64,000 bases of DNA. Origin: Dehalococcoidia bacterium. Lineage in GTDB: Bacteria; Chloroflexota; Dehalococcoidia; Lucifugimonadales; UBA6952. Shown here piece by piece: positions 10,377 through 20,500 of this stretch. The stretch is taken from the NCBI GenBank assembly GCA_045562575.1, contig JBJKVQ010000021.1, positions 2,463 to 66,462 on the forward strand, in the 5' to 3' direction. The translations under genes and the position numbers were made by a program. Below the pieces are notes generated by a model. It saw only the letters and a list, made by a program, of their open reading frames with translations. It ran no database searches and had not been told where the DNA came from. Positions within the stretch are counted from its first letter, which is position 1; every line of letters begins with the position of its first letter.

Positions 10377-10656
10377 ATGGATTACAACAACTAATTGGAA
10401 GGAATATATTCCACCTATTAAAGATCAATTCTTGATTGGGTTTTCTTTGATAGTTTTATTGGGAATATATTCTTTTCCAAAACTCTTTTTATACCTTCCA
10501 ATTATGTGGCCATTACTTATAGCTATACCAATAATGGGAATGCAAATTAAACAAAGAATCAAAACAAGATATCAACTTTTAGTTGTAATTTCTTGGTTTA
10601 TTATTAATTTTATAATATTTTTCACAAGTCCAATAAATTTAATTACTTTAAATTAA
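10369..10656 (+). CDS. Small hydrophobic membrane protein of unknown function
   Basis: About three hydrophobic segments. ATG at 10369 overlaps the ftsH stop region. Confidence 0.55.
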   Translation: MNKWITTTNWKEYIPPIKDQFLIGFSLIVLLGIYSFPKLFLYLPIMWPLLIAIPIMGMQIKQRIKTRYQLLVVISWFIINFIIFFTSPINLITLN

Positions 10657-10667
10657 ACCAACGTTTA

Positions 10668-12083
10668 TTATCCACCTGATGGTGAACCTGTTATACCGGG
10701 TTCAGTCATTTGAAAAGGATCTAGAAGTTCTTGCAATTCTTCATCAGTTAAATCAGTCTGTTCTTTTGCTATTTCTCTTACAGTTTTACCAGTTTTTTCT
10801 GCATCTTTTGCAATTTTTGCAGAAGCGTCATATCCAATACGTGGAACCAAACCAGTACATATAGCCAACCCTTTTTCGACCATATTAGGCCCTGCAGAAG
10901 TTGATTTAATACCACGCAAGCATTGCTCAATAAAATTATCAATAACTGAAGCTAATAAGGTAACAGATTGAATTAAGTTATATGCTGCGACTGGCATCAT
11001 AACATTTATTTCAAAGTTTCCAGATTGACCTGCAATAGTTACTGAAGCATCATTACCAATTACTTGAGCTGCGACCTGACAAACAGATTCAGGAATAACT
11101 GGATTTACTTTGCCTGGCATAATTGAACTTCCAGGTTGCACTTCAGGTAAAGCAATTTCAGCAAATCCCGCTCTGGGTCCAGACCCTAACCAACGTATAT
11201 CATTTGCTATTTTCAATAAACTAACAGCAATAGTTTTAGTTACACCACTTGCTTCAACCATATTGTCTAGCGTACTTTGTGCCTGAAAATGATTACTTGT
11301 TTCACGAATATCCAAATTTAAATACTTACTAAGTTTTTGACATATCAAATCAGCAAATTGAGGATGGGTATTCACTCCAGTACCTACAGCTGTACCGCCT
11401 ATAGCAACTTCAGTCAATTCAGATAACGCATGTTGTAATCGTGTTATAGCTCGATCTGATTGTCCTGCATATCCATCGAATTCTTGACCTAAACGTATTG
11501 GAGTTGCGTCTTGTAAGTGAGTTCTTCCAGTTTTTATAACATCATAAAATTCTAAACTTTTTTCTTTCAAGACAGCAGATAGTTTTTCTAAAGCAGGAAT
11601 TAATGAATGTGAAATTACTGAAGCAGCAGTTATATGAATAGCAGTAGGTATAACATCATTGGATGATTGCCCCATATTTACATGATCATTAGGATGAACT
11701 AAGCCTCGTGACCCCCGTTCCGCTCCAAGTATTTCAGCAGAACGATTTGCTATAACCTCATTCGCATTCATATTTGTTGAAGTTCCAGATCCTGTTTGGA
11801 AAATATCCACAACAAAATGCTCTTCAAATTTTCCTTCCATAACTTCATCTGCTGAAGAAATTATTGCCTTGCCTAAATTAACATCAAGTAATCCTAATTC
11901 AATATTTGTTTCAGCCGCAACTTTTTTAATCAAAGCTAAATTACTATTAAATTCTTTTGAAAATCGTAAAGTACTAATAGGGAAATTTAGAACTGCTCGT
12001 TGTGTAGAAGCTCCATAATATGCATCAGCATCAACTTCCATTTCTCCCATTGAGTCTCGTTCTATCCTTTTTTTATCACTCAT
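10668..12083 (-). CDS. fumC: Class II fumarate hydratase
   Basis: QTGSGTSTNMN, HPNDHVN, KTGRTHLQDATP, GSSIMPGKVNP. ATG 12083 follows GGAG. Confidence 0.95.
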   Translation of the reverse strand: MSDKKRIERDSMGEMEVDADAYYGASTQRAVLNFPISTLRFSKEFNSNLALIKKVAAETNIELGLLDVNLGKAIISSADEVMEGKFEEHFVVDIFQTGSGTSTNMNANEVIANRSAEILGAERGSRGLVHPNDHVNMGQSSNDVIPTAIHITAASVISHSLIPALEKLSAVLKEKSLEFYDVIKTGRTHLQDATPIRLGQEFDGYAGQSDRAITRLQHALSELTEVAIGGTAVGTGVNTHPQFADLICQKLSKYLNLDIRETSNHFQAQSTLDNMVEASGVTKTIAVSLLKIANDIRWLGSGPRAGFAEIALPEVQPGSSIMPGKVNPVIPESVCQVAAQVIGNDASVTIAGQSGNFEINVMMPVAAYNLIQSVTLLASVIDNFIEQCLRGIKSTSAGPNMVEKGLAICTGLVPRIGYDASAKIAKDAEKTGKTVREIAKEQTDLTDEELQELLDPFQMTEPGITGSPSGG

Positions 12084-12264
12084 TTTATTCTCCACAATAT
12101 TATTGATTAAAGGTATAAAAATTATAGCTGATCTAACCTGATAATAACAAGATTGAATATGAGTTTTATTTATCAGTCAATTATGTATGACTTTTATGCT
12201 TGTACCAAGTTTCCACATCACTGTAGTATTGAAATATTCACAATTATGTAAAGGTAGGGAAAAA

Positions 12265-13233
12265 ATGGTAAATGAAAATACTTTAGCATTCCAAGATATG
12301 GGTGGTGGATCCAATATGCTACCTAAATCTGAAAGACCAAAAATTGTTGATATGCGATGTAGATTAACAACTGCTTCACAATCAGACTACTTTCGACAAC
12401 GCACACAACACAGTGGAGCATATGACTCTATAAATGCATTTAAAGATGGATCTATTGAATCTTTCTTTCGAGATCTTGATGAAGCTGGCGTTACAACAGC
12501 TGTATCTGTATCAGGAATGAATAAAGGTATGACTTTAGGACATAGTGTATTCCCAGAACGAACAACTTCTAATGACGAGCAAGCTCAAATCCAAAAAGAA
12601 AACCCTGCTAGATTTGTAGCATGTGCGGGTGTAGATGCCTGGGGCGTTTTTCACGATCCGTTAGAAGAAATAGAACGTTGCAAAAAACTAGGATTCAAAG
12701 TTGTATTTATTGAGCCTGGTAGAGGACCGAATTATGCTGATAACCTAGCAGATCCACGGCTTTATCCTATTTACCAGAAGTGTCTTGATTTAGACATAGC
12801 AATTAGCCCCCAAACTTCCGGACCATTAGGTGGACTTAATATTGACTATGCCCATCCTAAATATATTGATCAGGTAGCGCATGATTTTCCAGATCTAACA
12901 ATAATTTGTGGTCATGGCCATTATCCATATATTCGAGAAATCATTACTATAGCAAGTATGAGAAGAGATAATATATATGTATCTCCTGATGCTTATTTAA
13001 CTATGCTAGGTACAGAAGATTGGGTTAAAGCAGTGAATAGTTCTTGGGGTATAGCTGATAGATTTATTTTCGGTAGCGCATACCCACTACTAAACCTAAC
13101 AAATTACACTAATTTCTTTTTCTCCCTTCCTTGGAAAGAAGAAGTGTTAGATAAAATCTGTTGGAAAAATGCTATTAATGCACTCAAACTCCACGATGTA
13201 CCGGAAATTAAAGAACTCTATGGATTAGATTAA
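12265..13233 (+). CDS. Amidohydrolase family 2 (TIM-barrel) protein with an atypical N-terminal motif
   Basis: DPRLYPIY..C, HP.YIDQVA.DFPDLTIICGHG.YPY, FIFGSAYP. Likely start ATG 12265 after AAGGTAGG. Confidence 0.85.
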   Translation: MVNENTLAFQDMGGGSNMLPKSERPKIVDMRCRLTTASQSDYFRQRTQHSGAYDSINAFKDGSIESFFRDLDEAGVTTAVSVSGMNKGMTLGHSVFPERTTSNDEQAQIQKENPARFVACAGVDAWGVFHDPLEEIERCKKLGFKVVFIEPGRGPNYADNLADPRLYPIYQKCLDLDIAISPQTSGPLGGLNIDYAHPKYIDQVAHDFPDLTIICGHGHYPYIREIITIASMRRDNIYVSPDAYLTMLGTEDWVKAVNSSWGIADRFIFGSAYPLLNLTNYTNFFFSLPWKEEVLDKICWKNAINALKLHDVPEIKELYGLD

Positions 13234-13237
13234 TACT

Positions 13238-14134
13238 ATGAATGATGAGCAATTTGACCCTGCATTTCGGCTAGCTGTTTCATACATTGATAAATCACGA
13301 CATTTTTATGCAGCACAAGGATATGAAATTCCTTATCGATGGGCTATAAATGGGGAAGTCCCTTTTCAAAAAATGACTAAACCACTATCCGAATGTAATG
13401 TTGGATTAGTTACTACAGCATCATTACCCAATCCAGATATATCCCTAGATTTTGATCCAGGAATATTGCAAATTGGATCTACTTATCAATTTCCAACTAC
13501 ACCTACACCCAATTCACTTTATACTATGGATAGATCATGGGATAAAAAAGCTACACACACGCATGACTTAGGTTCATTTTTCCCATTAGACCATCTAAAA
13601 TCTTTAGTCAAAGAAAAAAGAATCAACTCAATTTCAGAACATTTTTATGGTGCTCCTACTGACTACTCTCAACGAAAAACTAATCAAAATGTAGCCCCAG
13701 AAATATTAGCTTATATGCAAAAAGACAAAGTTGATGTTGCAATATTAGTACCTCTGTGACCTGTTTGCCATCAAACCGTGAGTTTGGTTGCACGACACCT
13801 GGAGGAAAATAATATTCCTACAGTTATAATAGGATCTGCAAGAGATATTGTTGAACAATGTGGAGTGCCAAGATACATATTTTCTGATTTTCCTCTTGGG
13901 AATCCTGTTGGTCTACCATATGATTCAGAAATGCAGATTGAAATTACGAAAATGGCATTAACACTTTTGGAAGATGCAAAGTTTCCTAGATCAACCATAC
14001 AAACGCCTTACAAATGGGATACTCATAAATGGCGAAAAGAATATATGGAAGTTAATGACTCCAACAGAGCAATTCTGGCACGAGCAGGTGAAATACGACG
14101 AGCTAGACAATCAGATCGTAAAAATGCTAATTAA
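13238..14134 (+). CDS. PrdB/GrdB-like selenoprotein B family protein (298 aa, predicted Sec at codon 174)
   Basis: ORFs 13238-13759 and 13778-14134 are in the same frame, joined by TGA (13757-13759): DKVDVAILVPL-U-PVCHQTVSLVARHLEENNIPTV. N-terminal PF..MTKPLSECNVGLVTTA and C-terminal PR..F.DFPLG.P.G resemble PrdB/GrdB. Confidence 0.85.
13766..13792 (+). promoter_or_regulatory. Candidate bacterial SECIS hairpin
   Basis: UGCCAUCAAAC-CGUGA-GUUUGGUUGCA: 10 of 11 stem positions pair (one G-U, one C/U mismatch). The loop starts 18 nt after the UGA and has G at its second position. Confidence 0.6.
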
Positions 14135-14694
14135 TGATTTGTCGCAGCCTTTCTCACAACATTTTCGCCCCAACAAATTACACGACTATTTTCATTTTTC
14201 AAAACATTTTTAGCTAAATTTTTAAGCCGAGTAATCTCATCGAGACGGCTAGCATCTAAATCTGGCCAAGTATCTAAATAAACAAAATCAAATTTTTTTT
14301 CTGTTACTACTAAATAATTATTTATATCATCATGAATTATTTCCATTTTAGGTGTTTTTATATAATCATAAACTAGATTAATAACATCTCTTGAAAATTC
14401 AACTATTGATATACTCTTAACTTTTTGTTCCAACCAGCGTGGAACAATACCTAACCCCAAACCACCAATTAAGACATCTGCATTATTAGGGCACCACCGA
14501 ACAGCACTTGACATTGTTAAACGTTCTTCTGGTCCATCACTCATCCACATTGTTTCATGATCGATTAACATAGCACCGGTGTATCGTATATATTTACCAT
14601 TAAAAAACAAGTGCGGGTGGTAACGATGAATTATAGAAAAATGGCCTGACCTTCCCTCAGGAATACGTATAAGTTTTGGTTTCTTATTTCTCAT
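14131..14694 (-). CDS. Class I SAM-dependent methyltransferase, spermidine-synthase-like
   Basis: WMSD.P.E, VLIGGLGLG (motif I), IVE....I.LV, IIHDD, FDFVYLDTW. Confidence 0.75.
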   Translation of the reverse strand: MRNKKPKLIRIPEGRSGHFSIIHRYHPHLFFNGKYIRYTGAMLIDHETMWMSDGPEERLTMSSAVRWCPNNADVLIGGLGLGIVPRWLEQKVKSISIVEFSRDVINLVYDYIKTPKMEIIHDDINNYLVVTEKKFDFVYLDTWPDLDASRLDEITRLKNLAKNVLKNENSRVICWGENVVRKAATNH

Positions 14695-15464
14695 ACAGCC
14701 ATTATGTGATAACCAGCATCAACAGGTAAAATTGTGCCTGTAATGCCAGTTGATAAATCACTACACAAAAATAATGCTGCATTACCTACTTCATCATGCG
14801 TTATATTTCGTTTTAAAGGAGCTTTTTCAGCATGAATTTTTTTCATATCTATAAATCCATGAATTCCTCTAGCTGCCAAGGTATCCATTGGACCAGGTGA
14901 TAGGGCATTAACTCTTATCTCTTGAGAACCATATTCTGCAGCTAGTTGTTTTACTTCATTTTCTAAAGCAGCCTTTGCTACACCCATAACATTATAACCA
15001 GGATATACAAATTGAGATGCCTGAAAAGTAAGAGCAAGAATACTCCCACCATTTTTCATTAATTTTGTTGCATTGCTAACTAGAGAAATTAATGAAAAAG
15101 AGCTTATTTCTAAAGCAATATTAAAGCTCTCGCGAGAAGTTTCTGAAAAATTACCTGCCAAATCTTCCCTTGGAGCAAAAGCAATACTATGAACTAAGAA
15201 ATCTATGTTCTGATACTTAGCCTTGAGGTTGGAAAATAAAGCTGTTATTGAATCGTCACTAGAAACATCACATTCTTCTATGGAAGCATTACTGTAGCCT
15301 TCTGTCAGTTTTTCAACACCAGACTTAAATCGTTCATTTTGATATGCAATTGTAACTTCGGCACCGGCATCTAATAGTTTTTGAGATATCGCCCAAGCTA
15401 TACTTCTATGATTAGCTACTCCAAAAACTATCCCTTTTTTCCCATTTAAATCTATATTAATCAT
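14691..15464 (-). CDS. fabI: Enoyl-ACP reductase FabI
   Basis: GVANHRSIAWAI, HSIAFAP, YNVMGVAKAALE, TLAARGI. Confidence 0.95.
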   Translation of the reverse strand: MINIDLNGKKGIVFGVANHRSIAWAISQKLLDAGAEVTIAYQNERFKSGVEKLTEGYSNASIEECDVSSDDSITALFSNLKAKYQNIDFLVHSIAFAPREDLAGNFSETSRESFNIALEISSFSLISLVSNATKLMKNGGSILALTFQASQFVYPGYNVMGVAKAALENEVKQLAAEYGSQEIRVNALSPGPMDTLAARGIHGFIDMKKIHAEKAPLKRNITHDEVGNAALFLCSDLSTGITGTILPVDAGYHIMAV

Positions 15465-15550
15465 ATCTTTTTCCTTAATTTATTCCACGGAAAGAATTAT
15501 ACTTTGTATCTACTATTATTTACACTATTTTCTTTACGAATTAAAAAAAC

Positions 15551-15952
15551 TCAATTTTTTATTTCCATAGAAGAAGTCATCAGATTATCAACTCTTGCAT
15601 AACATTCTCTTTCTACATGTAAATGCCTTACCGGTATCCTACGTAAAAATACTCTATGATAAAAATGCCTCCAAAGATACAAATACGAACCCCATTCCAA
15701 TACTTGATGAGCATGACAATACTGGTACAAAATAAAAGCTAGGCTTTTCTTATCTTTTATTTGTCTTTCTCTATTTAATTTCAATTTCTTTTCAGAAATA
15801 AATATAAGTGCATTCCCAAATATCGATGGCCATGTAAATGAAGGGAACGGAATATAGCGAACAATAATAATACGCGTGTGTTCTAACGTCTTTGAAGAAA
15901 TCCCAAACTCACGCAACAAAGAACCTGTAATAGTCTCTTTTGTATATTTCAT
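15551..15952 (-). CDS. Hypothetical basic protein with a degenerate HExxH-like segment
   Basis: Fills the gap between fabI and the MmgE/PrpD gene on the same strand. Contains LYQYCHAHQ...G..LY...Y...ERECY. Confidence 0.5.
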   Translation of the reverse strand: MKYTKETITGSLLREFGISSKTLEHTRIIIVRYIPFPSFTWPSIFGNALIFISEKKLKLNRERQIKDKKSLAFILYQYCHAHQVLEWGSYLYLWRHFYHRVFLRRIPVRHLHVERECYARVDNLMTSSMEIKN

Positions 15953-16014
15953 TACACTATTATAGCAATTAATCCTAAATCTAAAAGGAAGGTATGAACA
16001 GGATTAGTTATACC

Positions 16015-17391
16015 CTAGTCAATACCTGTAGCAACATTTGCTATAGATGCATCTACTATAGATGTTACATCTTCAACGTCTTCTAAATTATCAATTAATC
16101 CAATGAGTCTTTCTATTTGTGCTTTACTCAGACCTGCAAGCCTAGCATTGTCTCGGAACTTTGTCTTAACATCCTCACCTTGTAAATGACGACCTATTTC
16201 AACTCTATGTGATAATACTGTACCATCGTTCATTTTAATGCTTATTTCATTAAATCTTGCTGATTCTATAGCTCGAGATGGTAAATGTGCAAAATCATTA
16301 TGTTGTTTGATATTTATGCGGCCAATTAAATCTTGAGCTTTAGATCTTAATACTTTTCTATCACTAAATGAATTAATATCCAATTTATTATCTAATAAAT
16401 AAGCAGCAATAACATACCAAAGACTAAATTTACCATTAAAACCAGTTTGAGGATCCCACATATTAGGCGCTATTTCTAATGGTTCTTGGCTAATCAAAAC
16501 CTCAACTTCTGCAATATCATCTGGATTTATCTTTGTTTCTGCACTTATTTCTTCTAAACATGTCAAAGCAGCATGTGTACCCGCACAACATGGCCAAGGT
16601 TTAATTCGTATCGCATTAGAAATTGCAAGTGGGTTTCCTAAGTTTTCTGTAACACCATCTAAATTAGCTTGTTGATCTCCAAAAACTGCAAAATAACCAT
16701 GGCGACCTTCAATGGAAGATGGATTTGCAGTAAAACCTTTTTTCGCTAACAATGCTGAAACAATACCACCTCGTGCAGAATTACCTGGATGATAAGGCTT
16801 GGCCATATACCCAAAATTAGCACGTACACCTGAAGCAGTTGAAGTTGCCAACCCAAGAGCGGCTCTTGTTTCATCTACAGATAAATCTAGAATTCTGCTT
16901 GCTGCAGCTGCACCACCAAGTGCACCCATTGTTGCAGTTTTGTGCCAGCCCCTCTCATAATGATCAGCACCAATATTTAAACCAACTTTTGAACCAACTT
17001 CAAAACCTACTGTAAAAGCATCCATAATTGCTTTACCACTAAGTTTGTATTGTTCTCCTAAGGCCAATACTGTTGGCATCAATACACATGCGGTATGACC
17101 AAAACCTTTACCGCTGTCATCATAATCAGCACCGTGGGTCAATACTCCATTTGCAAAAGCAGCGTTAACTGCAGAGGTTTCTATTCCACTACCTAACAGT
17201 CGAGAATTAGAATTTCCGCCCAACTCTTCTGTAAATTCACTTATTATCCTACCTATTGGACGAATTGTACTTTCTAAACACGTACCTATACCATCCAAAA
17301 TAGATTTCTTTATTTGACTAGAAGCCTCTTCAGGATAGCTATCAAATTGCGATTCAATAACAAATTTAGCTAATTTTTCTGTAGTAGACAT
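16015..17391 (-). CDS. MmgE/PrpD family protein
   Basis: AAFANGVLTHGADYDD, GH, RGWHKT, AKPYHPG, IKPWPCCAGTH. Confidence 0.92.
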   Translation of the reverse strand: MSTTEKLAKFVIESQFDSYPEEASSQIKKSILDGIGTCLESTIRPIGRIISEFTEELGGNSNSRLLGSGIETSAVNAAFANGVLTHGADYDDSGKGFGHTACVLMPTVLALGEQYKLSGKAIMDAFTVGFEVGSKVGLNIGADHYERGWHKTATMGALGGAAAASRILDLSVDETRAALGLATSTASGVRANFGYMAKPYHPGNSARGGIVSALLAKKGFTANPSSIEGRHGYFAVFGDQQANLDGVTENLGNPLAISNAIRIKPWPCCAGTHAALTCLEEISAETKINPDDIAEVEVLISQEPLEIAPNMWDPQTGFNGKFSLWYVIAAYLLDNKLDINSFSDRKVLRSKAQDLIGRINIKQHNDFAHLPSRAIESARFNEISIKMNDGTVLSHRVEIGRHLQGEDVKTKFRDNARLAGLSKAQIERLIGLIDNLEDVEDVTSIVDASIANVATGID

Positions 17392-17484
17392 ATTAACCTC
17401 ACTTCCTTAAAAACATCATCTTTACAAATTATATTTTGAGAAAAAGGTATTATCTACCCATATTAGATATTATTCAATACCATG

Positions 17485-17507
17485 AAAACTATAACCGCTA
17501 TAGTTTT
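17485..17507 (-). terminator. AT-rich hairpin downstream of rpoC, possible intrinsic terminator
   Basis: AAAACTATA-ACCGC-TATAGTTTT inverted repeat about 50 nt after the rpoC stop. Confidence 0.4.
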
Positions 17508-17557
17508 TACCTATATCAAATATAAATTATGTACTGTGACAAATTTGCTTTTAGGGT

Positions 17558-20500
17558 TTATGAATCATCTTCAGATTTATCACTGTTATCATTTTCCACT
17601 TGAAAACCACTAGATAAAAAATCTACACCATCAAGATCTTCCATCTTAATAGAAGCAAATGGGTCTGAAGAAATTATGTCATCAGAAATCGATAAACTTT
17701 GTGCTAAATCTTTGTCTTCATTAGAACTTGAAACAGAGATACTATCATCATAAAAGGGAAGATTATATCTTTCGCGACCTTCTTCAGATATATCTAGTCT
17801 TGCAGGAATTAATCTTCCAATGATTACATTTTCTTTGAGACCGAGTAGTGGATCTGTTGAACCACTTACCGCTGCTTCAGTTAATACTCTTGTAGTTTCT
17901 TGGAAAGAAGCTGCAGCAAGGAAACTCTCTGTATTCAAAGAAGCCCTTGTTACACCTAGTAGAACAGGACTACCTATAGCAGGATTACCATTCTCTTCTA
18001 CAATTTTTCTATTTTGTTCTTCAAAAACAAATCGATCTATCATTTCACCTGGCAAAAGATCTGTATCTCCGGATTGATCTACTCGAATTTTTCTAAGCAT
18101 CTGGCGTACAATTATCTCAATATGTTTATCATTAATCGTTATACCTTGAGATCTATACACGGCTTGCACTTGAGAAATAAGATATTTTTGTACTGCCTCT
18201 CTCCCTAAAATACGCAATATATCTTGAGGATTTTGTGGCCCAACGGTTAACGCTGTTCCAGCAGTAATAACTTGACCATCTGCGACATTTAGACTTGCAG
18301 AAAGAGGAATTAAATATTCACGTCTTTGTATTTCTTTCCATCTCAGCTTTATAGAAGTCTTATTTAACTCTACTATCCCAGAAATTTTAGCAATCAAAGG
18401 TAAATTTTCGTCAGCGTCTTCATCAGATTTCTTAGCAGATTTCTTAGGCTTATATTCTGCTAGTATGTCACCTAATTCAATTGATTGCTTATTTTTCACA
18501 ATAAATTTATAGTCTTCAGGAAGAATATATTCTTCATCAACATCTCTTTCATCAATGACAACAATTTGTCTAACTTCCAAGTCATTAACTACTTCAACTA
18601 TCCCATCAATTTCGCTTAATGTTGCAACACCCTTTGGAACTCTGGCTTCAAATAACTCTTCTACACGAGGTAGACCTGATGTTATATCATCACCAGCTAT
18701 TCCTCCAGTATGGAATGTTCTCATTGTAAGCTGGGTTCCTGGTTCTCCAATACTTTGTGCAGCTATAATTCCTATCGATTCTCCAATAAGTGGAGTTTGA
18801 CCGGTAGCAAGACTTTGTCCATAACATTGTCGACAAATACCACGCCAACAAGTACAAGTTAATGGGGAGTGTACTTGAACCCGTTTTACTCCAGATTCTA
18901 CTATTGTTTTTGCCATCGTTCTATCTATAGTAATCAGCTCATCTGCTAATATTTCTCCTGTATCTGGGTGAACGACTTTTTCAGATACTACTCTGCCAGT
19001 AATTCTATATTCAAATGGTGGACGTAATGGATTCTCAGGTTCATCCTCAATCCAATAACCTTCAGTAGCATCACATTCCTCATGTAATATAATTACATCT
19101 TGAGATATATCGATAAGTCTTCTAGTCAAATATCCACTATCAGCCGTTCTCAAAGCAGTATCAGTCAATCCTTTTCGAGCACCATGTGTTGAGATAAAAT
19201 ATTCCAGCACTGATAAACCTTCTCGGAAACTTGATTTAATGGGTAATTCTATAATTCTTCCACGAGGATTACTCATTAAACCTCTCATACCTGCCATCTG
19301 TTTAATCTGTGCTAAGTTACCTTTAGCTCCAGAATTTGCCATCATATAAACTCCACCATATCCCGGCAAGGATTCTCTTATAACGGCTGTCATATCATCA
19401 CTAGTTTTAGTCCATATGGCAATTGATCTCTGGTAACGTTCTTCATCACTTAATAAACCACTTAGGTACTCTTCTTCAATTTCATCAACATCAAGAGTAG
19501 CTTGGTTTATTAAATCCTGTTTCTTAGGAGAAATTGTAATATCACTTATTGCAATAGTTGTACCAGATTTCGTAGCATAACCAAATCCTATTTTTTTAAT
19601 TGAATCCAATATCTCAGCAGTTTTTAAATTTCCTAACTCTGTGTAACATTCGTTAATCAATTCGCCCAAATTATCTGAATTCATAACAACATTTCTAAAA
19701 GATAATTCTTCCGGAAGAATTTCATTAAATATTATTCTACCCGGTGTAGTATCTATCCATTCCTCTTCAACTTTGACTGTAATCAAATCATGTAGATTTA
19801 TTAAACCTGCATCATATGCTTGTCTGCCGCCAGCTGGATTTAAATATCTATTTTTTGTATGTTCTGCTTCATCTTCAAAGTGCGTGAGGTAGTAGCAACC
19901 TAATACGATATCTAAAGTCGGAGTAACAATAGGTTCTCCAGAACTTGGACGCAACATATTATGTGTGCTTAGCATTATTTCGCTTGCTTCTCTTACAGCC
20001 TCCTCTGACAGTGGTACATGCACAGCCATTTGATCGCCATCGAAATCAGCATTAAAGGCTGTACAAACTAACGGGTGCAACCGAATTGCACTCCCTTCAA
20101 CTAAAACTGGCTGAAAAGCCTGGATTCCCAATCTATGTAAGGTTGGAGCTCTGTTAAGTAAAACAGGTCTTCCTGAAATTACTTCTTCTAATATGTCCCA
20201 AACCTCTTCTCGGCCATTTTCTACCATTCTTTTTGCACTTTTTACGTTATGTGCATGACCTTCCATAACTAATCGGTTCATTACAAAAGGCTTAAATAAT
20301 TCCAGAGCCATTTTTTTAGGTAATCCGCACTGGTGCATACTTAACTCAGGACCAACAACAATTACAGATCTTCCACTGTAATCTACTCTCTTACCGAGTA
20401 AGTTTTGTCTGAATCGTCCTTGTTTACCTCTTAGCAAATCTGATAATGATTTTAATTTGTGATTATGACTTCCAGCAATTGCTCTTCCATGTCTACCGTT

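Noticed and set aside
12178-12250. Direct repeat CAATTATGTA (12178 and 12241) in the fumC/amidohydrolase intergenic region
   Set aside because: A 10-nt AT-rich repeat is plausible by chance across this many AT-rich intergenic regions; no other support.
13238-14134. Pseudogene (nonsense mutation) or two separate genes
   Set aside because: The stop is specifically TGA, falls at the catalytic U-x-x-C position of the family, is followed by a SECIS-like hairpin, and the downstream GTG has no SD.
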